Shown in pieces: positions 28,298 to 37,515 of a stretch of DNA of 64,000 nucleotides. The translations under genes and the position numbers were made by a program. The notes below the pieces were generated by a model, which was not told the origin of the DNA, ran no database searches, and worked only from the letters and a program-made list of their open reading frames with translations. This DNA comes from an uncultured Bdellovibrionales bacterium (GTDB taxonomy: Bacteria; Patescibacteriota; Minisyncoccia; Moranbacterales; UBA1568): positions 76,454 to 140,453 of the forward strand of contig CAZUWR010000002.1 in assembly GCA_964624415.1 (NCBI GenBank), given 5' to 3'. How positions within the stretch are numbered: the first letter of the stretch is position 1; every line of letters starts with the position of its first letter.

Positions 28298-28423
28298 AAG
28301 GAAAAAGTATGAAGAAATTAGCATTTTGAGTATAGCATATTTTGTCTAAGCTTCCCTAAGTATGCTATACTGATGGAAGAAAAAAAGAACATTGTATCAT
28401 TTATTTTTTTTAAGATCAAATAT

Positions 28424-28975
28424 ATGGGAGCAGGAATTATCGTATTGATTGTTATCGCCGTTATCGCGCTGTGGCTTATCGCGACGTACAATGGTTTGAT
28501 TCGCCTCAAGAACCGTGTCGATGAAGCCTGGAGTGATATCGATGTGCAGCTTAAGCGTCGCTATGATCTGATTCCGAATCTGGTAAGTACGGTCAAAGGA
28601 TATGCCGAGCACGAAAAGGAATTGTTCGAGAAAGTGACCGAGGCGAGGACGCGCGCGATGAACGCTGGCACCACTGCCGACAAAGCCGAGGCGGAGAATG
28701 CGCTTTCCGGGACACTCAAAACACTCTTCGCGGTCTCGGAAAATTATCCGGATCTCAAAGCCAATACGAACTTTTTGGAATTGCAGCGCGAACTTTCCGA
28801 CACGGAAAACAAGATTCAGGCATCTCGCCGCTTTTTCAATGGCAATGTCATGGAATACAATACCAAGATTCAGGTCTTCCCGACCAATATGTTCGCTGGT
28901 ATGCTTAATTTCGTGAAGCGCGATTTCTTCGAGATTGAAGGTGCTGAGCGCGAGCCGGTCAAGGTGGCTTTTTAA
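28424..28975 (+). CDS. lemA: LemA family protein
   Basis: AWSDIDVQLKRRYDLIPNLV, ENYPDLKAN. Confidence 0.95.
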   Translation: MGAGIIVLIVIAVIALWLIATYNGLIRLKNRVDEAWSDIDVQLKRRYDLIPNLVSTVKGYAEHEKELFEKVTEARTRAMNAGTTADKAEAENALSGTLKTLFAVSENYPDLKANTNFLELQRELSDTENKIQASRRFFNGNVMEYNTKIQVFPTNMFAGMLNFVKRDFFEIEGAEREPVKVAF

Positions 28976-29008
28976 GTTCCTTTGCATAATCAAATAATCG
29001 AAATCGAT

Positions 29009-29194
29009 ATGGTTAATTTTATCCGTATTATGGCTGTGCTGGCTTTGGTGGGCATTGTCATTATCGCGTCTTTGTTCGTATTCGATATCGCATCTTTCGC
29101 GGAATCGAAGGAAGCTTTACAAAAGATACTGCTGGTACTGGGAATCGTAGCTTTGGGCGGTATGGCGACTTCTTTTATCGTAAAAACTAAGTAG
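29009..29194 (+). CDS. Small two-TM hypothetical protein
   Basis: Hydrophobic ORF filling the lemA-htpX gap. Confidence 0.55.
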   Translation: MVNFIRIMAVLALVGIVIIASLFVFDIASFAESKEALQKILLVLGIVALGGMATSFIVKTK

Positions 29195-29202
29195 CTTCGC
29201 GT

Positions 29203-30093
29203 ATGCCGACACTGTATAACCAATACGACAGCAATACCCGCCTGACGTGGGTGTATATGACTCTTTTTCTGGCATTCGTTATCGGGGTCGGTTTCGTGTT
29301 TTCACAGGCGATGAATTCCAGCGGTATCCTCTACGGGTGCGTCATTTTTTCGCTCGTGATGAGCTTCGGATCGTATTGGTGGAGTGACAAGATCGTGCTT
29401 TCGATGAGCAATGCGACGCTCGTGGAATTCGAAACCAATAAAGAAATTTACCGATTGGTCGAAAATCTTTGCATCACGGCCGGACTTCCGACACCGAAAA
29501 TCTATGTGATCCAAGACACGGCTATGAATGCCTTCGCGACGGGGCGTGACCCGCAGCACGGCGTGATATGTCTCACGACCGGTATTATCGATCGTCTCAA
29601 TAAAACCGAGCTTGAGGGCGTGATTGCACACGAATTGTCGCATATCGGCAATCGCGATATCCTCTTATCTACCGTCGTGGTGGTGATGGTCGGCTTCATC
29701 GCTTTGCTGGCCGATTGGTTTCGTCACTGGGTGTTTTTTGGAGGGTCTTCGGATGATGATCGACCGGCGCAAATCAAAATCGCCTTTATGATAGCGGCAG
29801 TCATCCTCTCCATTCTCGCTCCTCTGGCGGCGATGATGATGCAGTTGGCGATTTCTCGTAAGCGCGAATTCCTCGCCGATGCTTCCGGTGCCTTGCTGAC
29901 CCGCTACCCGGAAGGACTGGCAAGCGCTTTGGAAAAAATATCGACCGATACTGAGCCGCTCGAAGCTGCCAATCGGGCGACCGCGCATTTGTATATCGCC
30001 AATCCTTTCAAAGGCGCTAGTGTGTCGAAACTGTTTATGACTCATCCGCCTATCGAAGAGCGCATCGCTATTCTCCGAGGTATGAAGATGTAA
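29203..30093 (+). CDS. htpX: Zinc metalloprotease HtpX (M48)
   Basis: NAFATG, AHELSH, SRKREFLAD, THPP. Confidence 0.95.
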   Translation: MPTLYNQYDSNTRLTWVYMTLFLAFVIGVGFVFSQAMNSSGILYGCVIFSLVMSFGSYWWSDKIVLSMSNATLVEFETNKEIYRLVENLCITAGLPTPKIYVIQDTAMNAFATGRDPQHGVICLTTGIIDRLNKTELEGVIAHELSHIGNRDILLSTVVVVMVGFIALLADWFRHWVFFGGSSDDDRPAQIKIAFMIAAVILSILAPLAAMMMQLAISRKREFLADASGALLTRYPEGLASALEKISTDTEPLEAANRATAHLYIANPFKGASVSKLFMTHPPIEERIAILRGMKM

Positions 30094-30095
30094 AT

Positions 30096-30596
30096 ATGGA
30101 TACGTATGTCTGGACGAGCCACGCGCAGTGGAAAATGAAGTATTATGGCCTCAGCAAGCAAAAAGTGACAGGAATTATCCGCCGTCCGGATCGGGTGGAA
30201 AAAGGCATCGCCGGCAACGGTACGATAGCGGTGATGCAGGCCGTCTCGCCGAAAATGATTGATGGGAAAAAGGTCTGGAAGCAGGAGGTGTGGACGATGT
30301 ATCAACGGACAAAGAACAATAAACAAAAAACAATAAACGAAGAACAAAAAACAGCGAACAATAACCGGCAGTATAATGATGGTCATCTTGAAGATGAAGG
30401 CAGATTGCTCTGCTTCGGTGGCGATCGAGGAATACCAACATCGATTGAACATTTCAAAGAGGTTTTGCGAAAGAAATCGTGCACACAAGGAAGTATCAAA
30501 ATCATCAGTGCCTGGCGCTACCCGGGAGTGAGCCCGAAGAATAGTCCTTTACTGGAGGCGATGTTTGAAGAGGCGATGGAGCCTTTGGGGGCTTGA
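30096..30596 (+). CDS. Conserved hypothetical protein (possible RelE/BrnT-like fold) with heptamer-derived insert
   Basis: WTSHA.WKM..YGLS...RRPDR...KIISAWRYPG. Confidence 0.6.
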   Translation: MDTYVWTSHAQWKMKYYGLSKQKVTGIIRRPDRVEKGIAGNGTIAVMQAVSPKMIDGKKVWKQEVWTMYQRTKNNKQKTINEEQKTANNNRQYNDGHLEDEGRLLCFGGDRGIPTSIEHFKEVLRKKSCTQGSIKIISAWRYPGVSPKNSPLLEAMFEEAMEPLGA

Positions 30597-30950
30597 CAAA
30601 AATCTTCACATCTGCTAGAAAGAAGGTACAAGACAAAAATAAATAGACAAGGACAAAAAGACTAACCTTTGTTTCCATATCCTATAAGGGACATGGCAGC
30701 GTAAAGGCTAGTTTTTTTGACAATTGAATATTGAGTCGAAAAAACTCTGGAATGTATGGGTCACGGTGTTGTGTTGTATTTGTATACAATATAAACAGCG
30801 TTGATGCATAGATCGCTCTCTTTTTCACGATGATTATGAGAAAGAGGGTGTAAAGCAAGGCTTCAATCGTAGTATGGTTGAAGAGATTCACAAAACGACC
30901 GAATACGGTGTTCGTATGAGGCGTTTCAACTTTACCGAGAGGAAAAGACC

Positions 30951-31544
30951 ATGAAAAAAGTAATAAAATTGGCGATGTTTCTGGCAGCGATGTTTCTGGC
31001 AGGGTCGGCTTCGGCTGATACCACGACCACGTACAGCGCGAATGGATCGGCAATAACCAATGGCATGGGGGATATAAGCGGTAGCGCAAGTGTTTCCTAT
31101 AACGCTGTCGATATGTTGTCGGGCAATCCGGCAGCGCATATCGAAGTGTGGAACTCCTATGATGTCGCCGGACTGAACGTTGCAGGTGGTGCGCATTCAA
31201 GCGCGACCATTGCAGACGTATCGACGTATAGCCCTTCAGGCTCTACGAGCTTGAAAACCTATACCGGTGACGGCTCATCGACGACTACGGGTCTAGATGG
31301 ATCAGTAAGCGGCGGCGCAAGCATTTATGTTCCTGTTTTGGCGGGTTTTGGTGGAGGCGGTGATCCTACAGCAGTCATTCAAAGCTTGCAAAATTATAGC
31401 GCAACAGGACCAAATGCCGGCGGTGGAGCGAATGTACACGCAGTGATTGATACTTCATCTTCATTTACGATTACTCCGCCGCCAATCGTAACTCCGCCAA
31501 TCATCCCGGTCATCCCGCCAATCGGTGGCATTCCACTGATCTAA
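30951..31544 (+). CDS. Secreted Ser/Gly/Thr-rich protein with Pro/Ile-repeat C-terminus
   Basis: Signal peptide ending ASA; GAGG SD. Confidence 0.7.
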   Translation: MKKVIKLAMFLAAMFLAGSASADTTTTYSANGSAITNGMGDISGSASVSYNAVDMLSGNPAAHIEVWNSYDVAGLNVAGGAHSSATIADVSTYSPSGSTSLKTYTGDGSSTTTGLDGSVSGGASIYVPVLAGFGGGGDPTAVIQSLQNYSATGPNAGGGANVHAVIDTSSSFTITPPPIVTPPIIPVIPPIGGIPLI

Positions 31545-31711
31545 TGATGATTGAAATATTTCTTCGATCACACACTGGAGTCGAGGAACAATGCAGCAAC
31601 TTGGGGAAAGAACAATACAAAAATGTATCGTGTCGGTATCTATGATATCGACATTATGTACCTTGTAGCTGTTCTTCCCCGTTTTTTTATTCTCAATTCG
31701 AGGAAGCAAAA

Positions 31712-32737
31712 ATGAAACAACAAAGTATTAAAACCTTATTAGGCGCCATTTTTTTCCTGGCACTTTTCTCAATCCCTTGCCTGTCATGGGCAGTGGGTGA
31801 CACCAATAACGCTCTCATTGCGACATCGACGGCCAATGGAGGAAATCCAACGGCTTACGGTGTCGGATATGCTGATGGAGGGAAGGTCAATTTCCAATAT
31901 GCCCCAACGTCTATCAACACACCAGTTCAACAGAGAACACAGGCGGCAACAAATGCAGGTTCATTTGTTCCGGTTCCTGGGGTTATGAATGAATTTGTGA
32001 TAAATAGTGATGCGGCGGAAAAAGCCAAATTGCTTAAGCTATGGGCAAATCGCGCATGCGGTCCAAAGGCTTATACGGGGGGAAAATTCAACACAAGAAC
32101 AGTTGAACTTTCCAATACCGAAGGTGATGAAGATGTTGATGTTTTGGTGAATTTCTCACCTCTTCCCGGTTTTATTGTAAATGAAACAGAAACGATGCCA
32201 GGAAGCGCATTTGTTATGCATCATCAGGATGTGAATTGGAATGATAAATTCACTTGTCTTGCAGTCGTCAATATCGATCCAAAAGATAATCATCAACAAT
32301 TGGATCATGCTGTATTGGAAAATGCCGCAGGTGCTTTTGGATCATCAGCGGTCTTCGGCCATTACAGCAAGATCGTCATGGTTTACACAACAGGATCAGC
32401 TCGGTTAAGATCGGGTTCGACCAGCGATGTCGAAACGCTCGGACTTACCGTTTCCAGTTCCGGCGCACCGGGAACAAGCAGTTTTGTTCAGGGCGCGATC
32501 GGTTATGGTGACACGGATGGTACGGTAGCTCATACGGATATTCCATCGTTAGGACTCGTCGTATTGGCGGTTGATAATGTCAATGGTAAGCGTTTGCAAA
32601 GTTATGCCCAATTCGAGCAACAACTAACGAATGCGTATATTGGTCAACAGGTTGAAATAAAAAAACAAATGAGTGGCGTTACTACATCTGCAGAGCCAGT
32701 TGCCACACAGGCTGCCGGTTCAAGTCAGGTTAAGTAA
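31712..32737 (+). CDS. Secreted hypothetical protein
   Basis: Signal peptide; GAGG SD; followed by terminator. Confidence 0.7.
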   Translation: MKQQSIKTLLGAIFFLALFSIPCLSWAVGDTNNALIATSTANGGNPTAYGVGYADGGKVNFQYAPTSINTPVQQRTQAATNAGSFVPVPGVMNEFVINSDAAEKAKLLKLWANRACGPKAYTGGKFNTRTVELSNTEGDEDVDVLVNFSPLPGFIVNETETMPGSAFVMHHQDVNWNDKFTCLAVVNIDPKDNHQQLDHAVLENAAGAFGSSAVFGHYSKIVMVYTTGSARLRSGSTSDVETLGLTVSSSGAPGTSSFVQGAIGYGDTDGTVAHTDIPSLGLVVLAVDNVNGKRLQSYAQFEQQLTNAYIGQQVEIKKQMSGVTTSAEPVATQAAGSSQVK

Positions 32738-32767
32738 CTCGCATTTATTTTGTGAACAGGGAGCTTT

Positions 32768-32808
32768 GCGGTCAGTGAATATCATTTTCACTGACCGCTA
32801 TTTTTTTT
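32768..32808 (+). terminator. Intrinsic terminator
   Basis: gcggtcagtgaa-tatcatt-ttcactgaccgc followed by T-run. Confidence 0.75.
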
Positions 32809-32859
32809 GTCTTTTTTAGGCTATACTGGGAACATAATCGGCTTTTCAAATACATTCCT

Positions 32860-34296
32860 ATGAAACATACTAAAATCGTCGCCACTATCGGGCCGGCTTC
32901 GGAGAGCAAAGACGTCTTGCGGCAGATGGTGCAGGCGGGGATGAATGTCGTCCGTCTCAATTTTTCCCACGGCGAATACGATTGGCATGGGGGCATCATC
33001 AAGATTGTCCGCGAACTGTCCGAGGAATTGGAGCGGCCGATCGGTATCTTGGCGGACATCCAGGGGCCTCGCATCCGCTTGCAGGCGGCGCAGGAAATGA
33101 CGGTCAAACAAGACGATGAGCTTATCGTGAGCGATATCGCCTACCGCGAGACAATGGCGATGGAGGTTTCCACGAAAGCTATCTTTCTCGATCAGCCGAA
33201 AATGAGCGATGATATCGCAGTGGGGCATTTGCTTTTGATCGAAGACGGGCTTTTGCAGCTTCAAGTCGTGTCCAAAGAAGCGGGCATACTACATACACAA
33301 GTGCTCAATGACGGCATGATCAAGAACCGCAAGGGCGTCAATTTGCCGGATTCGAAAATCAATCTGCCGGTGCTGACGGAGAAGGACAAAAAGGATCTGC
33401 GGTTCGTCGTCGAGCAGGGCGTGGACTATATCGGCCTCTCGTTTGTGGGATCGGCGGAAGATATCGCCTGGGTGCGTGAGGAAATGCGCAAAGCGAAGCC
33501 CTCTGCATCCGATGCGGAGCTTCCGAAAATCGTGTCCAAAATAGAGCGCAAAGAAGCGATGAAGAATCTGCAGGAAATCGTCGAAGCTACCGATGCGGTG
33601 ATGGTGGCTCGCGGGGATTTGGGTATCGAGATGCCCGAAAGCGAAGTGGTGTTGTTGCAGAAAGAAATCATCGCCGCCAGTATGAGGCGTGCCAAACCGG
33701 TCATCGTGGCGACGCAGATGATGAAAAGTATGACAGATAATCCTCGCCCGACGCGTGCCGAGGTGTCTGATGTGACCAATGCGGTCATCGACCATGCCGA
33801 TGCCGTGATGCTCTCAGAGGAATCCGCGATGGGGAAGTATCCGGTGGAAACGATCGCGATGATGACGGAAATCCTCGAAAAGACCGAAAGCTCGCCTTTC
33901 GACGATGTCCGCGAGGCGATGCCGGTCACCACGTCGTATTCGGCCTATGCAGCCTTAGTACGCAGTATTTACGAGCTGACGATGAGCTTTGAGGCAAAAG
34001 CCGTCCTGATGCTCAGTATGAGTGGTCTGACAGCGCGCCTGATGTCACATTTTCGTCCTGATGCGCATCTCTTCGCCGCGACCAATGTCCGCAAGACCTA
34101 TAATCAGCTCGCGCTGGTCTGGGGGGTTGACGCTTATCTTTTTGAGGGGGATAATGATTTGGACAGCTTTACGGACAAATTGGCCGACGGAGCCAAGGCA
34201 GACGGACGCCTGATAGCCGGGGATAAGATCGTGATCTGCCGTGGAAAAAGCGCCGATGACGAGCTGCAGCTGGTCGGGATGAAAGAGGTTGTATAG
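32860..34296 (+). CDS. pyk: Pyruvate kinase
   Basis: TKIVATIGPAS, RLNFSHG, MVARGDLG, ATQMM, PTRAE. Confidence 0.98.
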   Translation: MKHTKIVATIGPASESKDVLRQMVQAGMNVVRLNFSHGEYDWHGGIIKIVRELSEELERPIGILADIQGPRIRLQAAQEMTVKQDDELIVSDIAYRETMAMEVSTKAIFLDQPKMSDDIAVGHLLLIEDGLLQLQVVSKEAGILHTQVLNDGMIKNRKGVNLPDSKINLPVLTEKDKKDLRFVVEQGVDYIGLSFVGSAEDIAWVREEMRKAKPSASDAELPKIVSKIERKEAMKNLQEIVEATDAVMVARGDLGIEMPESEVVLLQKEIIAASMRRAKPVIVATQMMKSMTDNPRPTRAEVSDVTNAVIDHADAVMLSEESAMGKYPVETIAMMTEILEKTESSPFDDVREAMPVTTSYSAYAALVRSIYELTMSFEAKAVLMLSMSGLTARLMSHFRPDAHLFAATNVRKTYNQLALVWGVDAYLFEGDNDLDSFTDKLADGAKADGRLIAGDKIVICRGKSADDELQLVGMKEVV

Positions 34297-34299
34297 TCA

Positions 34300-34453
34300 A
34301 ATATCAATCAACAAAAAGCAGTCAACAGGGAACAAATATCAATCAACAGTCAACAGAAAACAAGAAGCAATTAACAATAAGCAAACAACGGATGCTCATG
34401 AGTATTCACGCGCCGTTGCTACCTGTTAATTGTTTATTGTTAGCTGTTAACTG
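34300..34453. repeat. Inverted degenerate heptamer element
   Basis: aatcaac/aacag-type array then complementary tgttaat-type array. Confidence 0.65.
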
Positions 34454-34457
34454 ATAA

Positions 34458-34542
34458 GGAGGGGTCGCATAGTGGCCTAGTGCGCTTGCTTGGAAAGCAA
34501 GTGTGGGGCAACCCACCGGGAGTTCGAATCTCCCCCTCTCCG
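34458..34542 (+). tRNA. tRNA-Ser (GGA)
   Basis: Acceptor GGAGGGG/CCTCTCC, anticodon arm cttgc-ttGGAaa-gcaag, long variable arm, GTTCGAATC; CCA not encoded. Confidence 0.97.
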
Positions 34543-34558
34543 CATTTTTAAAACAACT

Positions 34559-35116
34559 ATGTCCATAACCGAAATATTCCTGACAGGATTTAGTCTTTCT
34601 TTGGATGCGGTGGCCATCGCTCTGGCGGCGGGCGCCCTGCACCGTATCACGCCCAGCCAGGCGCTCAAGATAGCGCTTTTTTTCGGTGCTTTTCAAGCCC
34701 TGATGCCGCTTTTGGGGTGGGCGGTCGGGCTGGGATTCAAGCATATTGCGGACGCGTACGGACACGTCATCGGTTTTTTGCTCCTTTTCGGTGTCGGGGT
34801 GAATATGCTGCACGAGACGTTTACTAAGGAGACACAAGAGGATATCGAGAATGAAAAGCATCTGGCGGAAACCAAAATACTGACGGTCATGGCGGTGGCG
34901 ACCAGTATCGATGCTTTGGTGGTGGGTATCACTTTCAACTTCGTTGCCGTGAATATTCCGATGGCGGTGGGGATTATCGGCGCGGTCACGTTTGTCCTCT
35001 CGCTTGTCGCGGTCTATGCTGGAGGAAGCGTCAAACAAGGTGCGGGAAAAAAGATGGAGATTTTTGGCGGGCTTATCCTCATAGCACTCGCTTGCAAAAT
35101 ACTTTTCGGTGGGTAA
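34559..35116 (+). CDS. mntP: Manganese efflux pump MntP
   Basis: SLSLDAVA, FQALMP, ATSIDAL. Confidence 0.9.
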   Translation: MSITEIFLTGFSLSLDAVAIALAAGALHRITPSQALKIALFFGAFQALMPLLGWAVGLGFKHIADAYGHVIGFLLLFGVGVNMLHETFTKETQEDIENEKHLAETKILTVMAVATSIDALVVGITFNFVAVNIPMAVGIIGAVTFVLSLVAVYAGGSVKQGAGKKMEIFGGLILIALACKILFGG

Positions 35117-35222
35117 TAAGCGCGATCAGAACGGGGTTTGAGTGTGTACATGAGAGCTGGTATAGACAGTTGCAAAACGCATGATAGAATACAAGTACTC
35201 CTAATATTTTTACAATACATCT

Positions 35223-35720
35223 ATGCAATCGGCACCCATCCCCCCGTTCGAGCAAGAACGCGTGTATGCTTTGCATAAATTGCATCTTTTGGATACGGAT
35301 CCGGAGGAGCGCTTTGATACGTTTACTGCAGAAGCGGTCAAAAGATTCTCTGTAGCCATTTCCACTATCTCGCTTCTCGATGAGGATAGGGAATGGTTCA
35401 AGTCGGTGTGCGGCACCGATGCCAAAGAAGGTGCGCGCGATATTTCTTTTTGCGGGCATGCGCTCGTGTCGGAGGTGGTGACCATTATCGAGGACACGCT
35501 CGAAGACGAACGCTTCGCCGATAATCCGATGGTGATAGGGGAGCCCTTTATTCGTTTCTATGCTGGAAAATCCCTCTATAATAACAAGAGCCGCTTGCCG
35601 GTTGGCGTGTTTTGTATCAAGGACACGAAGCCCAGGAAAATGAGCGCGCAGGATATGGAGGATTTTCTCGATCTGGCACATCGGGTGGAAGTAGAGTTGA
35701 ACAAGCCGTCCGGTGAGTAG
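35223..35720 (+). CDS. Standalone GAF domain protein
   Basis: LLDTDPEERFD, ISFCGHA, DERFADNP, IRFYAG. Confidence 0.85.
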   Translation: MQSAPIPPFEQERVYALHKLHLLDTDPEERFDTFTAEAVKRFSVAISTISLLDEDREWFKSVCGTDAKEGARDISFCGHALVSEVVTIIEDTLEDERFADNPMVIGEPFIRFYAGKSLYNNKSRLPVGVFCIKDTKPRKMSAQDMEDFLDLAHRVEVELNKPSGE

Positions 35721-35732
35721 CGCAAACAGCAA

Positions 35733-35864
35733 GCGACCGTCTGAAATATTTCCGTTTTTTGCTTTTGTATAGTGTTTTTTCGAACTGCCGGGTCAAAGAC
35801 GAAAGGCGAGAAAAAATGCTATCAAAAGCCAAAAAACAAGAGGAAAAAGATTTCAGACAGTTGC
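35733..35864. mobile_element. MITE family B copy 3 (diverged)
   Basis: Same interior; TIR variant GC(A/G)AC(T/C)GTCTGAAAT with changes at both ends. Confidence 0.8.
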
Positions 35865-35930
35865 TAAAAAAGGAGAAACCAAAAAAGCCCCGATCATTCG
35901 GGACTTTTTTGGTGGTGTTGGAAGAAAAAT

Positions 35931-36275
35931 CTATTTGATCTTTTCAGCGAGAAGCTTGAAGGTCTCCGGGTTTTCCATAGCGAGCTGCGAAAGCACTTTG
36001 CGGTCGATCTCGATATTCTTGGCTTTTTCCAAGGCGATGAAAGAGCTGTACTTCATACCGATCAAACGCAGGGCGTTGTTGAGGCGAGTAATCCACAATG
36101 CGCGGAAAGTTCGCTTCTTGGCTCGACGGTCGCGGTGAGCGTATTTGCCGGCCTTGATCATAGCTTCCTTGGCAGCGGCATAATGGCTCTTGCGGCGCCA
36201 CATAAATCCCTTGGTGAGGGCTAAGACATTCTTCCTTCTCTTTGATGCGGCGACACCGCGCTTGACTCGAGTCAT
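35931..36275 (-). CDS. rplT: 50S ribosomal protein L20
   Basis: MTRVKRG, RDRRAKKR, WITRLN, DRKVL. Confidence 0.98.
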   Translation of the reverse strand: MTRVKRGVAASKRRKNVLALTKGFMWRRKSHYAAAKEAMIKAGKYAHRDRRAKKRTFRALWITRLNNALRLIGMKYSSFIALEKAKNIEIDRKVLSQLAMENPETFKLLAEKIK

Positions 36276-36301
36276 ATCAATTCATCTAAAAATTATATAA
36301 T

Positions 36302-36496
36302 CTATGCGTTTGGCAAAGCCTTGGCGATATTGGCCTCATCAGCTTTGAAAAATCCTCTATCACGCTTCTTACCACGATTGGCGGCTCCGGTAGCGCGGCT
36401 ATTGTAATGGTTTTGCTTGGTGGAGCGTCTCGTTATTTTGCCCGATCCGGTCACTTTGACTTTCTTGCTGAGGGACTTATTGGTTTTCTGCTTCAT
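36302..36496 (-). CDS. rpmI: 50S ribosomal protein L35
   Basis: MKQKTNK...KVTGSGK; between infC and rplT. Confidence 0.9.
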   Translation of the reverse strand: MKQKTNKSLSKKVKVTGSGKITRRSTKQNHYNSRATGAANRGKKRDRGFFKADEANIAKALPNA

Positions 36497-36544
36497 GGTA
36501 ATGCCTTAATAGTGGGTTAGTATCGTATGGAAAGCCATTCTCGG

Positions 36545-37093
36545 CTACTGCGGAGTGATAATCACATGGAATCCGGCAGGGAACCGTTTTATCTCTTCTT
36601 CGATGGTATAAGGGATAGTAATGGTTTTTAAGAAATTTTGCAAGGCCACGCGGGCTTTTTCGGGTGCAGCCTTCTCTCGACCGCGCAGGAGAATCTCGGT
36701 TTTTACCTTGTTTCCCTTGGTCAAAAACTTCTCGGCCTGGGTGCGTTTGAATTCCAAGTCGTGCGTGTCGGTACGCAAACCGATGCGGATGCCTTTGGTT
36801 TCGACTTTCTTTTGCTTTGCTTTGGCCTGCTGCACCTGCTTGGTCTGTTGATACTGCAGTTTGCCGTAATCGAGGATGCGGCAGACAGGAGGTGTGGCCT
36901 TTGGGGAAACCTCTACCAGGTCGAGCTCTTGCTCTTTGGCGAGTGCGAGCGCGTCGGCGATGGCAATGGACGCATAGTTCTCATTATTGGCGTCGATAAG
37001 GCGCACAAAAGGACTACGAATCTGTTCATTGGTTCGCAATCGGGGGATAATTTCGATTTTTGGTCGCGCTCGGCGAAATTTACGTCGTCTGAT
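36545..37093 (-). CDS. infC: Translation initiation factor IF-3 (probable non-AUG start ATC at 37093)
   Basis: NEQIR, LDLVEV, PPVCRILDYGK, RGRE; the upstream in-frame ATG lies inside tmRNA. Confidence 0.9.
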   Translation of the reverse strand: MRRRKFRRARPKIEIIPRLRTNEQIRSPFVRLIDANNENYASIAIADALALAKEQELDLVEVSPKATPPVCRILDYGKLQYQQTKQVQQAKAKQKKVETKGIRIGLRTDTHDLEFKRTQAEKFLTKGNKVKTEILLRGREKAAPEKARVALQNFLKTITIPYTIEEEIKRFPAGFHVIITPQ

Positions 37094-37115
37094 ATGATTG
37101 GACTTAAAAATGATG

Positions 37116-37508
37116 TGGAGCTGATGGGAATTGCACCCATGTCCAGTAATGTTTTCCTGCAATACTCTACAAGCTTAGTTTGCTTTTTGTAAGCCTCAAA
37201 AGTACAAAACAAACCAAGTCTTTTGAGTCTAGACGCTTTGTGCAAGGGGTCTCATCGAAAAAGCGGCTGAAATGATGAGTCCTTCCCGATGTATGACACC
37301 AAGATCTCCGTACCGGGAATCGGGAGCTTGATGAATTTGGAATTTAAGCCAAATTGAAGGCGAAAGTAGGTGTAAAAGCTTGCGCTAATGCCTGCTTGGC
37401 CTTTGAAAAGACGTTTGCAATTGTCATGATGAGAGATGGTTTACGATAATACCCTCATAATCGGCTTGCGTATTGTAAAAGGACACCCTGTCGAGTCTAA
37501 ACAACCCC
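37116..37508 (-). ncRNA. ssrA: tmRNA
   Basis: 5' GGGGTTG...CTCGAC, 3' GACATGGGTGCAATTCCCATCAGCTCCA, G3-U alanyl pair, tag ORF 37418-37344, directly downstream of smpB. Confidence 0.93.
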
Positions 37509-37515
37509 ATTGTTT

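Noticed and set aside
34490-34558. Extended MntP start
   Set aside because: Overlaps tRNA-Ser; the real start is 34559
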